A DNA stretch of 64,000 nt from Chrysomallon squamiferum (GCA_012295275.1 CM022665.1:9920001-9984000); one strand, 5' to 3'. Shown: positions 13,295 to 26,050, counted from the stretch's first letter. The notes: generated by a model not told the origin, from the sequence alone. A program made the numbers and translations.

Positions 13295-14587
13295 GAAGAC
13301 CAAAAAATAATCAGAAGAAGAAGAAGAACAAAAATTTAAAAACAAGGCCAGTATAAATAATTTACTTTATAAATATTTGCTTCAGTATATTTATTGGTTT
13401 ACAAACCCACATACACATATCACTTGTGTTTGGATAGCTGATACTTCCCCGCGGCAAAAAGAAATCGATCCGTATCAATCAGAGTTTTGTCTTTCAAATG
13501 GTTGATCCCAATTCGAGTTAAGTAAGACTTCACCATCATCATCTATGGCTAATCCGTTTGTTAAGAATTATAACGGTCTCGCTGACGGCACTTTTGCCCA
13601 ATGGAATTACAATTACTTAGGTCTGATTGGAGGTTTGTAGCTGGTGCTAACAGCTATCTGGTCATTGTGTCAATCGTATCGTTATTTTTCTGCGATCGTT
13701 TGACGTTCATCGTTGCCTGCGGCTTTAAAACTTTAACGTTACATAAAGACTTCGACAAACAAAATGTCTTTGTCTACGCAAGTCTCCCAGGCGGCTGCAG
13801 AGAGAGAGAAAAAATAAACTTAAATCAGAGTTAATTATATTTCACTGTCACAACGACGAGCTGAGAAGATTCTGTAATGCAGCTAATCTTGTATTTTCAT
13901 GTTTAATTGCACGGTGCGCTTTAAAATCGGCGGTTACACTAGTCAGACAAGATTTATGGAAGCCCTGGTGTTTATGTCCAAGACTTTTTCCCAAACCGAC
14001 AATATCTGCCGACTTACTTTTATGTTACAATTACAGGGGCGACATTATTTGCGTTCATGTCGCCATGCGACCGCTTATTTTGCATTCACTTTAAAAATAC
14101 GTGAAAAAAGTCAGTGACCCTGGATTCTCGTGTTTACAGTTCAGTCTAGAATTCTTCCCATCTGTATCAGTTATTCCGTGCTTTTGTATCCTAACATTAG
14201 AAGTAGAGATACCTTGGTTTGCTTTCCATTACTTCATTTTGTCTAGACAGTTTACATTTGTCGTATTAAATGTCCGCGATCCGCACTCCAATTCATAAAA
14301 CATGGCTAATACTGGATGAAAGCTGACTATCACCTAGTATTAGTTATTAGTTATTACTAGTCTGTTCTAGTGCCAGTGGGCCTTTACGTTGCTTATTACG
14401 TCTATAATTAGGTAAAACAAATATTAATAATCGTAAATCTCAGTCAGATGTCTAAATCATTTGTTGAACAGTACTCAGTAAGTATTACACGAACATTTTC
14501 ACATACATGTAGTAAATACCGATTAATTCAGTTTGGTTCCCTGTCTTTAAAATGGCTTTTAGTTTATTTTATCTTCAGTTTATATCA

Positions 14588-14633
<46 letters not shown>

Positions 14634-14958
14634 GAAATTAAATTAAATGAATAAATAAATAATAATAAGAAAGAAAGAAAGAAGGAAAATTATAACAAGA
14701 ACAATAACGATAAGTAATAACCACGATAATGACACTTTCCTTTCTACTACTGCTACTACTACTTCTACAACACATATCACTGCTACTACTACTACCATTA
14801 CTGCTGCTGCTGCTGCGTCTGCTACTACTACTACTGATAATAATAATAACGACTACGATGATAACAACAGTAATAATATAATAGCCGTTGTTAAACTGTT
14901 GATAATGCCGAGAAAGCTCTTGCAATAACTGGATTTTGTTATTTCTCTCTATTTGCAG

Positions 14959-15003
14959 AAACGGGAAAGTAAATTGAGACGCGAAGACGAAGATGAAGAA
15001 TGA
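14959..15003 (+). CDS. Probable terminal exon of the same precursor (KRESKLRREDEDEE*)
   Basis: Polypyrimidine acceptor tttctctctatttgcag|. Phase 0 matches the 6370 donor. Encodes KR/RR sites and an acidic tail, then TGA at 15001-15003. Confidence 0.55.
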   Translation, partial: KRESKLRREDEDEE

Positions 15004-15570
15004 AACTCAGCCGGCAATGTCATCCGGATCGATTCACAATTCCCTTGTGATCGTAAAAAACCCCACATAAATTAAAAAATATATCACTGTAACAGGACTT
15101 GACTCACATTTACTTGCAAAATATCTGAAATTAATTTTTATTTAAAAAAACAAGAAAAAAAACACAAATGTATATGTATATATTAGTATATCGGGGTAAA
15201 TTGTGTGTTTAGAACTGTGTTTAATTAATAACATTTATCTTTATAGGTGTAAAGTTAAATAATATTTATAAAGTAAATTATTTCCAGATACTTTCTTCAT
15301 ATCATAGAGTTGTTTAAAAATAATTAATTGCTTGCATTTGGAAACCTTTGAGGACATGTACAAAATAAAATGAAGTTTGTCTGTTTACTGAACTTACATT
15401 TACTAGAAAAGAATCTAAATGTAATTATATGATTAATTATGAAATATTTCGTTTCTAAATACACTGTGTAAAACCTAATCATCATAAATATTAAACATAA
15501 TTTTAAAATATTGTCTTCGTAAAAGGTATCGATTTGCAGTTACTAGCAATATATCAGATATTCACAAAGG

Positions 15571-15720
15571 TATACATACATACATACATACATACATACA
15601 TACATACACACACATACATACATACATACATACATACATACATACATACATACATACATACACATACACACATACACATATACGTGCATACAGATATACA
15701 CATACACATACATACATACA
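15571..15720. repeat. (TACA)n microsatellite
   Basis: Direct inspection. Confidence 0.95.
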
Positions 15721-17586
15721 AGCATAATATTTTTCAGCCATAGAAATTAAAATATACTATTCTGGATTTATAAGCACTATTGTTTTCTCTTCATACATGT
15801 AACTAGATCGCGTTAAAAATGTAAATTATTATTATTGTCTACATACAAAATGTAGGATATTAGTGACATTTTTAAATACCATTATAATAATGGTAATAAT
15901 GGCAACTGATTATTTCTGTAATATATCATACATTGTAACTCTGGAAAACAAAACATTAATTTAACGACAATAAAATTATTTTGAGCTTTAATTACATACG
16001 TTTTTTTGTATATTATATATACAGAATTATTATATATGATTTAAGTGAAATCACTTATGTGTATCTTCACGTGTATTAGTTTATTAAACTTTACGTTACT
16101 GTTGTAATTCATTAAACTGTAATTTTTGATAATTAAAAATAATTGTCAAAATATGCTGTTGCTTTTAATCAAGTTAATATTATTCCTTTCTGTGTTATAC
16201 TGCGTGCAGAATTCTACTTACGTCCCCGTGATTTGTTTGGGGGGGGAGGTGAAGGGAGGAATGGGAAAGAGCGGGGGGGGCTTTCTGCACACTGGGTAAA
16301 AAAAGCTTGAGCAACTGAATAAACATTTTAAACGGTAGGTGGAGGGGCATTTTCAAGGTCCTTTGTTTTTTTAGAAACAAATTTTTTCTTTCTTTTTTTT
16401 TTTTTTTTTTTTTTTTTTTCTTTTTGTGCAGCAAGAATAAATTTATAGTTTTGGAAAACTTTCACTGGCCATTAATAAAATATTTTAAGATTAACCATTC
16501 TGCAGAAATGTGAAAATAAAATGTATGTTACTGAATAAGATTCTTGTGTAGTGTTATTTTTCTTACAGTCTAACGAAAACACTGTAGTTCAAAGTGTTGA
16601 GAACAAATATACTTCCATCTTTTTTTTTATCTTTTTTTTAATTATTTGTTTAATGGTCAAACTTACTGGAGTTTAATATTAAGAAGAAGCAACAGAAAAA
16701 TATCTGTCTTCAAGAATCGCCAAGAACTAATGTTATACATTATTTGCCAACGTTGATTACCTTGAATAAACAAAACAACCACGTTCAAAAAAATAAAATA
16801 TATGTATGTAGCCTATCGGCTTTTCAAACTGAATTTGCCTTAAGAGACGGTTCTGTGGTATTTTCATTAGGTCTAAGAGTTTACTGAAATACGTTAAATT
16901 ACAATCGCAGAGAAAAACGAATATGGATTGTTTTACTTAATATACATCGAATTAGCTTTTAAATATCGTACAATACAGATTTACCATCATGTCTTCACCC
17001 CACCTTAAATATTAATAACAATATTAATAATACTTTTAAAAATTAAAATAAAATTTAATTTCAAATATTAATGACCATGTACAGTATATTGTTAATACTG
17101 TTGTAACTGTTTTCTATAATATAAATCAAAATACTGCATTAATTTTCCGTAGAATATTATATTTATAAACCTGACATATATTTCAATACAAAATAATGTA
17201 AAAAGCAGTATTCATCATGTACACGTATAAAAACCATTAATTCCTAAGAGCCATTACTTCGACATAATACAAAATTTGTGTAGTCCAGGCGTTTTGAATC
17301 ATGCACGTGCAGAACATGCTTGTAATACGATGTTATATTATACAGCCTGCATATCGCTTAAAAGACGGTTTGCTTTTATTTTCTTTGAAAAGCTAATATG
17401 ATAAGTTAACTTTTATTCTCAGCTTTTACTGCATTCGCCAGATTTATATTATCATTGTTTTAATGAACGTTTCTGAAAATATGTTATACGCCTCGAGGCG
17501 AAAATTATTTATATAATACAATCCAGCAGCGAAACTGAATTGTGAAAGAAAACGTGAAAACTATGTTAATGTTTTAAGACTTTCAG

Positions 17587-17713
17587 GAGTAATGTCTTCT
17601 TTTCTGTTCAATTTTGCGAGCTTGAAAGCTTCGTTCATTTGTGGCAGCAGCAGCAGCAACAGCAGCAAGAACAAGATGAAGAACAACAACAACAACGGAT
17701 TGCGCAACGTACG
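17587..17713 (+). CDS. Possible exon, polyQ-containing (SNVFFSVQFCELESFVHLWQQQQQQQQEQDEEQQQQRIAQRT)
   Basis: tttcag| acceptor, ACG|gtaaga donor, open frame ending in phase 0. Could be chance in a CAG/CAA microsatellite. Confidence 0.25.
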
Positions 17714-18109
17714 GTAAGAATGCGTACTGAAATGGCATGATCATCGATAAACATAATATGATTTCAGTAGAAACCACATTAACCAGAGCTCATCAATAAC
17801 TGTATGGAGAGTGAAAGATACCAGTGACCTAAATGTGTGTGAATCATTTCTCTAAATTTGAAGACGATTTGTGATTGTCTTCGACTCGAGATACGTTTTT
17901 TAATATATGGGAAAATCTCGATAATCAAATAAATGTGGTGGTTTTGTGGGTTTTTTTTTTTTTTTTTTTTAAACTTGTTCAGCTGTCTTGATTACCGATT
18001 GTAGTCTTTCTTCAGTTAACAATATGAAAATCTGCTAGAAGCTATTTGTGTTTTACCTGTTACCATTATTATTATTTTATTTTATTTTATTTATTTTTTT
18101 CAGTCTCTA

Positions 18110-19308
18110 TCTGCATTGTCCAATGTTGCATTTGGAAGTATTTCTTGTGTGTCTTGCAAAATTCAGATAGAATACATCAATTTTACACTATGATGTGAAC
18201 TGTTGGCAAGAGTTTTATGACTGGATTTATTTTCAGGAGTCTCTGATAATTCATTTCTACATTTAATCCTATGACCACCACGAGTTGTTACTCGTTTACT
18301 TTTATTATCCTGCTTATATGGATATCGAAATATTATCAATGGAAATGGAATTTGACATTTTCCTTGAAGTACCCCAGGTGCACAATATTGCTTTTGAATT
18401 ATCTTTAGGAGCAGTTTGTCAAGCAGCAGACTGAACATGCTGATACCTCGCATCTGGTGTGACATGACTCAGCACGGACATTTCAGAGTCTGTTTTTCAT
18501 GTGGCAGCCTTTGATTTTCCGTAAAATGTTTATTTGTCATCCACATGGAGATAGAGCCACATTTTGAACAGTTAAACTTGCAAATGTTTGCCATTATATG
18601 GAAAAGAAAATCGTAGAAAAAGTTTTATTCTTCTAGGTCAGAGTTGTTGTTCACTTCGTCTTATCTGACAACTGATAATTTGTTCAGATGTTACCACTGG
18701 GTGTAGTTTAACTTTTCCCTTGCACTATTTTTAAAGTAATATTTTCAGGGCTGTTTGTCACCTGCATACAGAACTTTCGCATGATGCTGTTTCGAGAACC
18801 GTATGAGTATCTGACTAATATTCAGGTGTCTGAGTTTAACTTTTATTTATTTATTTATTTTTTTAATTAATTTTTCTTCATCACCTTTGACAAGGATGTC
18901 AAAATTATAAGATTTTTCAGTGATCTTGTCTCTGTCATCACTGGACATGTCAGGTGTGATTGACAAACTGAAATTTAGATATCCTTCTGTTTGTGAAACT
19001 GAGGACGGCTGTTGGTAGCCATCAAAACTACCTGAATTAAAGTTAAATCTGTTGCCCATCGCAACTACGATGACCGTGGTGACGGTTGCGTCATCTTTTT
19101 AACACAATCATTATCTGCTTATAACCATCTTGTTGCAAAAATGGCTTAATTTGCAGAGCTGAATTCATGGATTCAGCTTTGGGTGGGCTTTTTGTTTTCT
19201 CTCCAGTTCTGTCAGTATGAAACTATTCTTTACTGCCATTTGCTGAAAGCGAGCACATGTATGACGATCCACCACACTGTCAACCATCGAGTCATCGTTT
19301 TACAACTT
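18110..19308 (-). pseudogene. Decayed paralogous copy of the ARHGAP20-like terminal exon
   Basis: 18871-19032 matches 35427-35588 at 154/162 nt (hand count). Colinear weaker matches: NDDSMVDSVVDR vs HDDSSVESLVDR just after an acceptor at 19309, KVKLR, and ETPE vs DTPE. Multiple in-frame stops. Confidence 0.8.
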
Positions 19309-19580
19309 CTGAAAGAACTTTAAAATAAACATTTCACAAACTTTACAGAAAATCACATTGATAAAGATTTTAATTTCAATAGGATTCGGCGGTCTTTAGA
19401 TCTTTGTTATTTACAAATACATTTCGTTTTGTAACGAGAGAACATTTTAACGTATTCAGAAAAGCGATGTTTTGTCAGTTCGATCATGTTCATTGCTTTT
19501 CTGTTATAACAATCGTTGAACATTTTTAATCCTATATAATTTCTTTAATCATTCATAGTTTTATTTTTTAATTTTTTATT

Positions 19581-19664
<84 letters not shown>

Positions 19665-19692
19665 ATTTGTTTGTTTGTTGTTTTTTTTGCAG

Positions 19693-19806
19693 GTCGAGCC
19701 AGTATTTGACTTGCCAATGTTTGTCTCTGGGTCTCCGCGACTGCATGTGAAAGGTGGACCCGGTGAGAAAACTATTTCAGTATCCACCTTAATTCCAGAT
19801 GAATAA
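19693..19806 (+). CDS. Possible terminal exon (VEPVFDLPMFVSGSPRLHVKGGPGEKTISVSTLIPDE*)
   Basis: Strong acceptor ttttttttgcag|, GC-richer than flanks, open in phase 0 to TAA, with AATAAA motifs immediately after. Confidence 0.4.
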   Translation, partial: VEPVFDLPMFVSGSPRLHVKGGPGEKTISVSTLIPDE

Positions 19807-20518
19807 TAAATAATAAAAAATTACAGTGTTATTAAAATTGCGTCCTGTTTATATTTGTTGATCTGTGATATGTCTTTGAAAGTGGTATTGCATGTATAGA
19901 AGCAATTTCAACGTAAGGCTTTTCGTTTCCCCATTTTAAATGAATGAAGACTCAGTACACACAAGCTTTTTTTCCCATTTCAGCTTTGTACTTTGATGAT
20001 TGATTTATCAACATTGCTTTGTGAAAATGGATTTTACAAATCCCTTGATGAAAACTGATAACGGGTGCCCAATTCACATGATCATTATCACAAAAATAAT
20101 TTAAAAAAAATACTTTGAGATCTCGCAGTACTTTCGAAACAATGGGAAATATAAAAATAAAATTAAAAAAAATTACAGATGGATATAAAATCAAAAGCTT
20201 TATATAGTATTAAAATGATCAATCCTAAATAATCCTCAAACTAATTTTCGAATGTAAAATTTAACGCGAACACGACTACCTCATTAAAATAATATTAAAA
20301 CCGGACTTCTACTGAAACTGCTAGTTGAAATGTGCACTGCCGAAACAGTTACATTAGTATTTTGATAAACCGATGTTGAGAATAAACTAGTAAATGTTTG
20401 TTTATGAAATCTCTAATTGTGGTGTGAATTGCACTGAATTAGGACACTGTACAACTTTGAAAAAAACAAACAAAATGTTACAAAATAAGCACCACGACAA
20501 CAACTTGCTTATCGCTTC

Positions 20519-21045
20519 ACTTTTGAATTTGAGCAGAAAATGGAAACAAAATAAAAAATTTGCCGATTCCAGTGCAAGATAAAAGAACTTCAAAAAATAA
20601 ATTAAATAAATGAAAAAGATGGAGAGGAAATGAAACGAAAATAATGATGCGAGTTTCCTCTGAATTAATATGTAATTATTATAAAATGAAATTGTGTTGA
20701 AAAAAACAACGAAAGAATGCGTTCTTCCATGTAACATGCTTTAAATTTGCTACCTTGCCTTTGTTTCCACAGCAAAGATCAAAGCAATATTGATATTTTT
20801 GCGCACTTTCGTAATTATTATTATTTTGTTCAGTTTTGTATATAACACATACTGTTCCCTTTCCCCCCAAAAAAAGAAGATAAAGGAATATCGACTATTA
20901 TCATTGCAGCATAATGGGTTAAATATCACTCTTTTTGCAAAGATTTAAAAGAAAACAAGAAAGAACAGTATCAAAAACTGCAAAAACAAATATTTCATGT
21001 AAGAACTGTGTAGAACAATAAGAATAAATAATAATAAATAAATAA
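20519..21045 (-). repeat. Long inverted repeat, right copy
   Basis: Colinear reverse-complement blocks to 10740-11430. Confidence 0.9.
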
Positions 21046-21761
21046 TGTTTAGTGTCATTCTTAAATTTTTAAGAGTAATTAATCTATCACTTTATTGGTG
21101 GCGACATGCACTTTCCAGCAAGGGACATAACTTGTTATATACTATATTGTTGATCCAGGTTAATAGATTGTGTAGGGTGTGTGGGTGGGTGGGTGTGTGT
21201 GTGTGTGTGCACACATATTTATTTTAGTATGTTTATGTATGAACACACACACACATACATATATAACACATTTATACACCTGTATATATGTATGTGTGTG
21301 TGTATATATGTATGTATAGGTTCTAATGTGCAAGTTTCTGTATGCTCATTCATTTGTGTATACATTTGCACAAGATGTATCTTAAGAATTAAAACATTTG
21401 AGAATACTTTCGAAGTGAGTGTGTGTGCATGCATGAGCATACCTGCCTACATTCAAATATAACAATGAAACAAACACCATTTTATTTTCTAATTGATCTT
21501 TCTTTTCTCTTTTAAAAAACAAAAAAGAAAAAAAAGTATTCTGTTTTGCATTACAGGCTACGTTCATGAACAGATAATGTATTTTTAATAATTATTATTG
21601 TTGTAGCCATATTTTAATTAATATCCCATTGATAATGTACAAAACAAGGAACACAGCGTATTACATTTCAAATGCACACCTGCTCATGTATTACCATCAA
21701 TACAAACATATGCGTAATGTTATTATTACATAAGTATTTTTTGTTTTGCTTTATTTAAGTC

Positions 21762-22010
21762 CTATGATTTCTTTGGCAAGCTGCTTGTTCCTTTTTTGTG
21801 AATATTTCTAGAATACACTTCTTTCATGATTTTATCAGTTTCATCGTCATTAATTGTCTCTCTGTAATGTTTCATTAAATCGTATTTCTCCCATGGTTTT
21901 TCCACTTTCTTGGCTTTTTCTCGTAACTTCTGGGATACCTCGAACGGCTCAACACCTTTCAAGTTACGTCTTTCCCAGCGTTCAAGCCATGGCCTAGGAT
22001 TCAATTTCAC
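21762..22010 (-). CDS. MRPL19: MRPL19 exon 6 (terminal); total CDS 903 nt, 300 aa, 39S ribosomal protein L19, mitochondrial
   Basis: VKLNPRPWLERWER...PWEKYDLMKHY, conserved bL19m C-terminal motifs; phase 0; TAG stop. Confidence 0.96.
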   Translation of the reverse strand: MKLNPRPWLERWERRNLKGVEPFEVSQKLREKAKKVEKPWEKYDLMKHYRETINDDETDKIMKEVYSRNIHKKGTSSLPKKS

Positions 22011-22398
22011 CTGAAACAACGCAATAATGTTTTTGTCTTTTTAAATGACTATAGTCTTTACTAAAGTGTTCCACAATGACAGAAACAAATAAATTTAAAT
22101 ACATTTTATACACTTGCAAGAGGTTTTCTTATCCGAACTTAGTATCAATCTTTTCTAATAACAAAATAGATGTATATGAGGATGCATAAAGACTCAATTT
22201 ACTGATGCCATTTAATACTCTGTCTTACAATATGAATATATATTTGTACAATCCAAACTTAGAAGTGTGTTAATTATACCTCAGATATTAATTTTACAAA
22301 GTGTTTGTTTTGCTGAGGTTAATTGATTACATGTCTGCCTTAAATCTATCAGAATTATTTTTTTTCTGTGATGAATAAAATGCATCAGTGCATGTTAC

Positions 22399-22586
22399 CT
22401 TAACAGTATTAACAGGTACAGTGCTGCCTTTAGGTAGTGGAGTGACTTCCATGTCGAGGGGTACTGTGCTGTATTCTGCTGGTGCGTCTCTCAGGTATGT
22501 CAGATCTTCATCCAGTCTTTTCTCCAGCTTGAGCACCTCGACAGTTTGTAGAAGTGGATTATACATTTCATACATGATTTCCACAC
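22399..22586 (-). CDS. MRPL19: MRPL19 exon 5
   Basis: GVEIMYEMYNPLLQTVEVLKLEKRLDEDLTYLRDAPAEYSTV..., the canonical LEKRLD..L.YLRDA..EYST motif. Confidence 0.97.
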
Positions 22587-22834
22587 CTGAATTAAGAATT
22601 ATATATCTTATACATGATCACAAAATAAATTATACATATCATGTATGATCTCTACACCTGAACCAAAAAAAAAAAGTGAAAACAGTTTGTGAAGGAAAAT
22701 AACTAAAAAAAAAAAAAAAAAACTTGACAACTGATTTGAAATATTTTTATATAAATAAAGAATTGTGGTCTACATTTAATTTAACTTGATCAAAAATTTT
22801 TTTGTATAAAACAATTTTAAAAAAATACTATTAC

Positions 22835-22969
22835 CTTGTCCATCAATAACATTTCTGAGTATGAAGTAAGACCTCAGACCATGTCCACCTCTCTGAATAC
22901 AAATGCCAACAAATCTGTTAGATTTCCCAGGTGAATGTTTGTCAGCCACAGTCACTGCCATAATACTGC
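22835..22969 (-). CDS. MRPL19: MRPL19 exon 4
   Basis: GSIMAVTVADKHSPGKSNRFVGICIQRGGHGLRSYFILRNVIDGQG, Ribosomal L19 core; GT-AG, phase 1 to 1. Confidence 0.97.
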
Positions 22970-23407
22970 CTGAAAACATAAAAATGAAAAATTAATGAGA
23001 CTTCATATTAAAAAAGTGATAAATACTTTAAAGTAACTTTTTACTAAGAGAAAGAAAGAGAGAGACTGAAAATCGGATATGACAGACAGAAAGAAAGCAA
23101 ATGTTTAATGACACAAAAACATAATGGCTATGGGGTATCAAACAAAGGCATGAGAGAGAGACATTGATTGCCAAATTCTCTTTTTTTACATTTTCAACAT
23201 AGTAAATTATTAAAAATAAAGGACAAAAATAAAATAATTTATATATCCTGGCAATCAGTAAATAATGCAAGTTTAGATGTATGTTTGACTTTTACAATAT
23301 ATTTGAAAAGAAAAACACTCAAAAGCAACATGAGTGGAGAACTAATATTTGAAGGAATAATTAAGTATGTTTCCTACATGAAAATCATAGTAATTCTAAA
23401 TACACAC

Positions 23408-23532
23408 CAACATAGAATTCTGGCAAGTCGATAACTGATCTCCTCCTGTACATGTCTTCTCTTTCTAACAGTTCACATATTCTGTCTCTCAGTTTTATGT
23501 CTGGATTTGGCAAAAACTCTGGATACACATAC
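23408..23532 (-). CDS. MRPL19: MRPL19 exon 3
   Basis: RYVYPEFLPNPDIKLRDRICELLEREDMYRRRSVIDLPEFYVG matches the bL19m PEF..ER.DM..RR....PEFYVG motif. Missed by the ORF track. Confidence 0.95.
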
Positions 23533-25917
23533 CTTTAACAACAAATCAATACATTGAATGTTCTTAAATATCAAAGAATAAATAAACATACACATGTATG
23601 TATGATATCATGGTTTGAAGACAATAGCAAAATCAGTTATGTTTCAAAGCACATTTTTAAGAATGTTTTGTTTCCTGCATAAAAAAATACAGTGAAAATT
23701 TGTTAAACTGATGCCAGTAAATGCAATAAAATGACAAACCTAAAATTGAATATGAATTTTATGTTTTACACAACATACTCTGTGTTTACTGTTAAAAAAT
23801 TGTGTCTGTAAATTTACTATTTTATATGGAGAGGAAAACAATAATAATTATAATAATAATTATAATTATAATAATGCTAATAACAATAATAACAACAGTA
23901 ACAATAATAATAATAGGTACCGGCAGGCAAATTATTTCTGACTTTAATTTCACATAATATTAAATATGCCAAAAACATAGCACATAATGAAATCTGTAGC
24001 AAAAAGAATGAAAACAAACAAAACATTATGACTATCTCCAGCAGTTAAAAAGATATATGCAAATTGGTACGACAGGTACTTGGTCAGTTTTGAGCCCTAT
24101 TTTGGCTAATTAGCAGAAAGGGCTACTTTGGTCAACTGTAGTTTGAAAAGTAACTGACAAAAGGCTGAAAATCAACAAGAGTGATGGGACCAACTTGTTA
24201 AATGAGCTCAATTTTTTTCAGACCTATATGTTTGTATCTATGTTCACAATAACATGCTAAACATGCCAAAATCTTCAAAATGACACACAGCAGAATGACA
24301 AAGTTCAAACAGACACTGTGGTTTCAGTTTTTGTCTTATTTGACAAATTCAACCTGTGTTGTGAACAATTTATCAAGATCTTTCAAATGAAATGCTTGAA
24401 TCTAACATTTTTAATAAATAAAAAAATATATTTCTGCCCATAAAAAAAATTACCGTTTCAATTTATATAGGAAACATTCTTATTTACATAAGCAGCTTCA
24501 ATTTTCACTCTATTAAATAACTGGTAGTAATATGTTAAGATACTGTCATGTGTACATATATATATATATAAATGTTACTTAAAAGGTCTACAAGCATTTG
24601 ATGTTTAACCATAATCCTTTGCAATACATAAACTCAGATAATCCTTAGAGTCAACTCCAGAAAGGTGTTGCAGGTATTAATCAGGGACAATAAAATGTAT
24701 GTAATCATGAGACTAGAGGCAATTAAAGACACAGGTGTTATAAGTCTGTCATTTGAAGCAAACAAAAAATAATTTTCTTAGCTTTGTACATGCTGTGATT
24801 TGACAGCAAACAAAAGTTACCTATCATCTGACTATTGTTGAAATTTTCTCTGATTGAGCTTATCAACAAGCAAAAATAACGTTTTAAAACTGATCAATTT
24901 ATGATTTTATATTCAAAAAGAAGTAATTAGATTTTTATTCAGCATTCCACCAATACCTCTGAATACATTGTTCTGTTATGTAGTATAGTTTGTTATGTTT
25001 AGGATTCTTAATTTGCTGCAAGAATTTTGAAAGCAATATAACTGATGGTTAAAAATGGAAGATAGTGATTGGCAAAACAATGTTAATTTGTTTATTTCTG
25101 AACGTGATTTCGCAACGCATGTGGCTATAATATATATGCTAAAAGTAAGAACACTGAAAAAAAGAAAAAAACAGCCAACAAGTTATTAAAAATATAAACA
25201 ACATATAAATATAATAATTTTAAACAGTGCCAGACCTTTCTAACTTACATAAAATCTACGGCGATTTCATTCTGTAAAAAAATGTAACATAATGGTGATT
25301 TCGCTAAGCACGTGCTATATTCAAACGCAGAGCTTGTTTTTACCAAAGAAGACACACTGTAGTGTTGCGCATTGTTTGAAAGGTAATCGAATGATCTTTC
25401 ATTTGATCCTGTGAACATAGGTTTTATTTTCAGCCAGTTTTTTTCAAAACTGGTTTGAAGGCATGAAAAAGTACATTTTTGGACACAACTTTTGATATAA
25501 GACATTGCCAGTGACGACATGCACACGGTTAGGATGACTGAACTTTGACCCTCCTAGCTGTGCTAAAAATAACATTGAAGCCATTTTGGCGAAAACAAGC
25601 CAGGTGTTTTAGAGCGACCCTATTTTAGGACTTTTTACTCCACACTGTTAATTGCTGACCACGGGTGGCGAAGTGCATTTACTCCCACCGCGTTTAACAC
25701 TCTCGTACAAAGAACTGATTAAAGATACAACAAGAACAACAAAACCATTTAAAAGAGCACATAAAGATCTTTAGTTACATGTATTTGTTTTTAAAGATAG
25801 GATTTATAGAAGGGATTTGGGAGTGGAGGAAAATGGACAAAACCTGAACTTTTAACAGCTTTGACCAATTATATCGGCTAGACTGCCGGAACCTAATAAC
25901 AATAACAATAATTTTAC

Positions 25918-26050
25918 CTGAAATCTCTTGGCACATTCAATGTTTCATCAAGCTTTTCTTCAACTTCTGGTTGTTGTGAAAGAGGTGATTTACGATGTTG
26001 TTCAACAACTTCATGATCGAGGTAGTTTATGCGTTTTATGTCATTTCTTC
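25918..26050 (-). CDS. MRPL19: MRPL19 exon 2
   Basis: ttttacag| ... AG|gtaaaa; GRNDIKRINYLDHE...VPRDFR; phases 1 to 2. Confidence 0.88.

Noticed and set aside
18847-19059. 70-aa ORF as an independent gene
   Set aside because: It is the near-identical patch of the RhoGAP pseudo-exon, bounded by stops.
22388-22648. Plus-strand ORFs antisense to MRPL19 and RhoGAP exons (also 35063, 36124, 44543)
   Set aside because: Shadow ORFs of real coding exons on the opposite strand.
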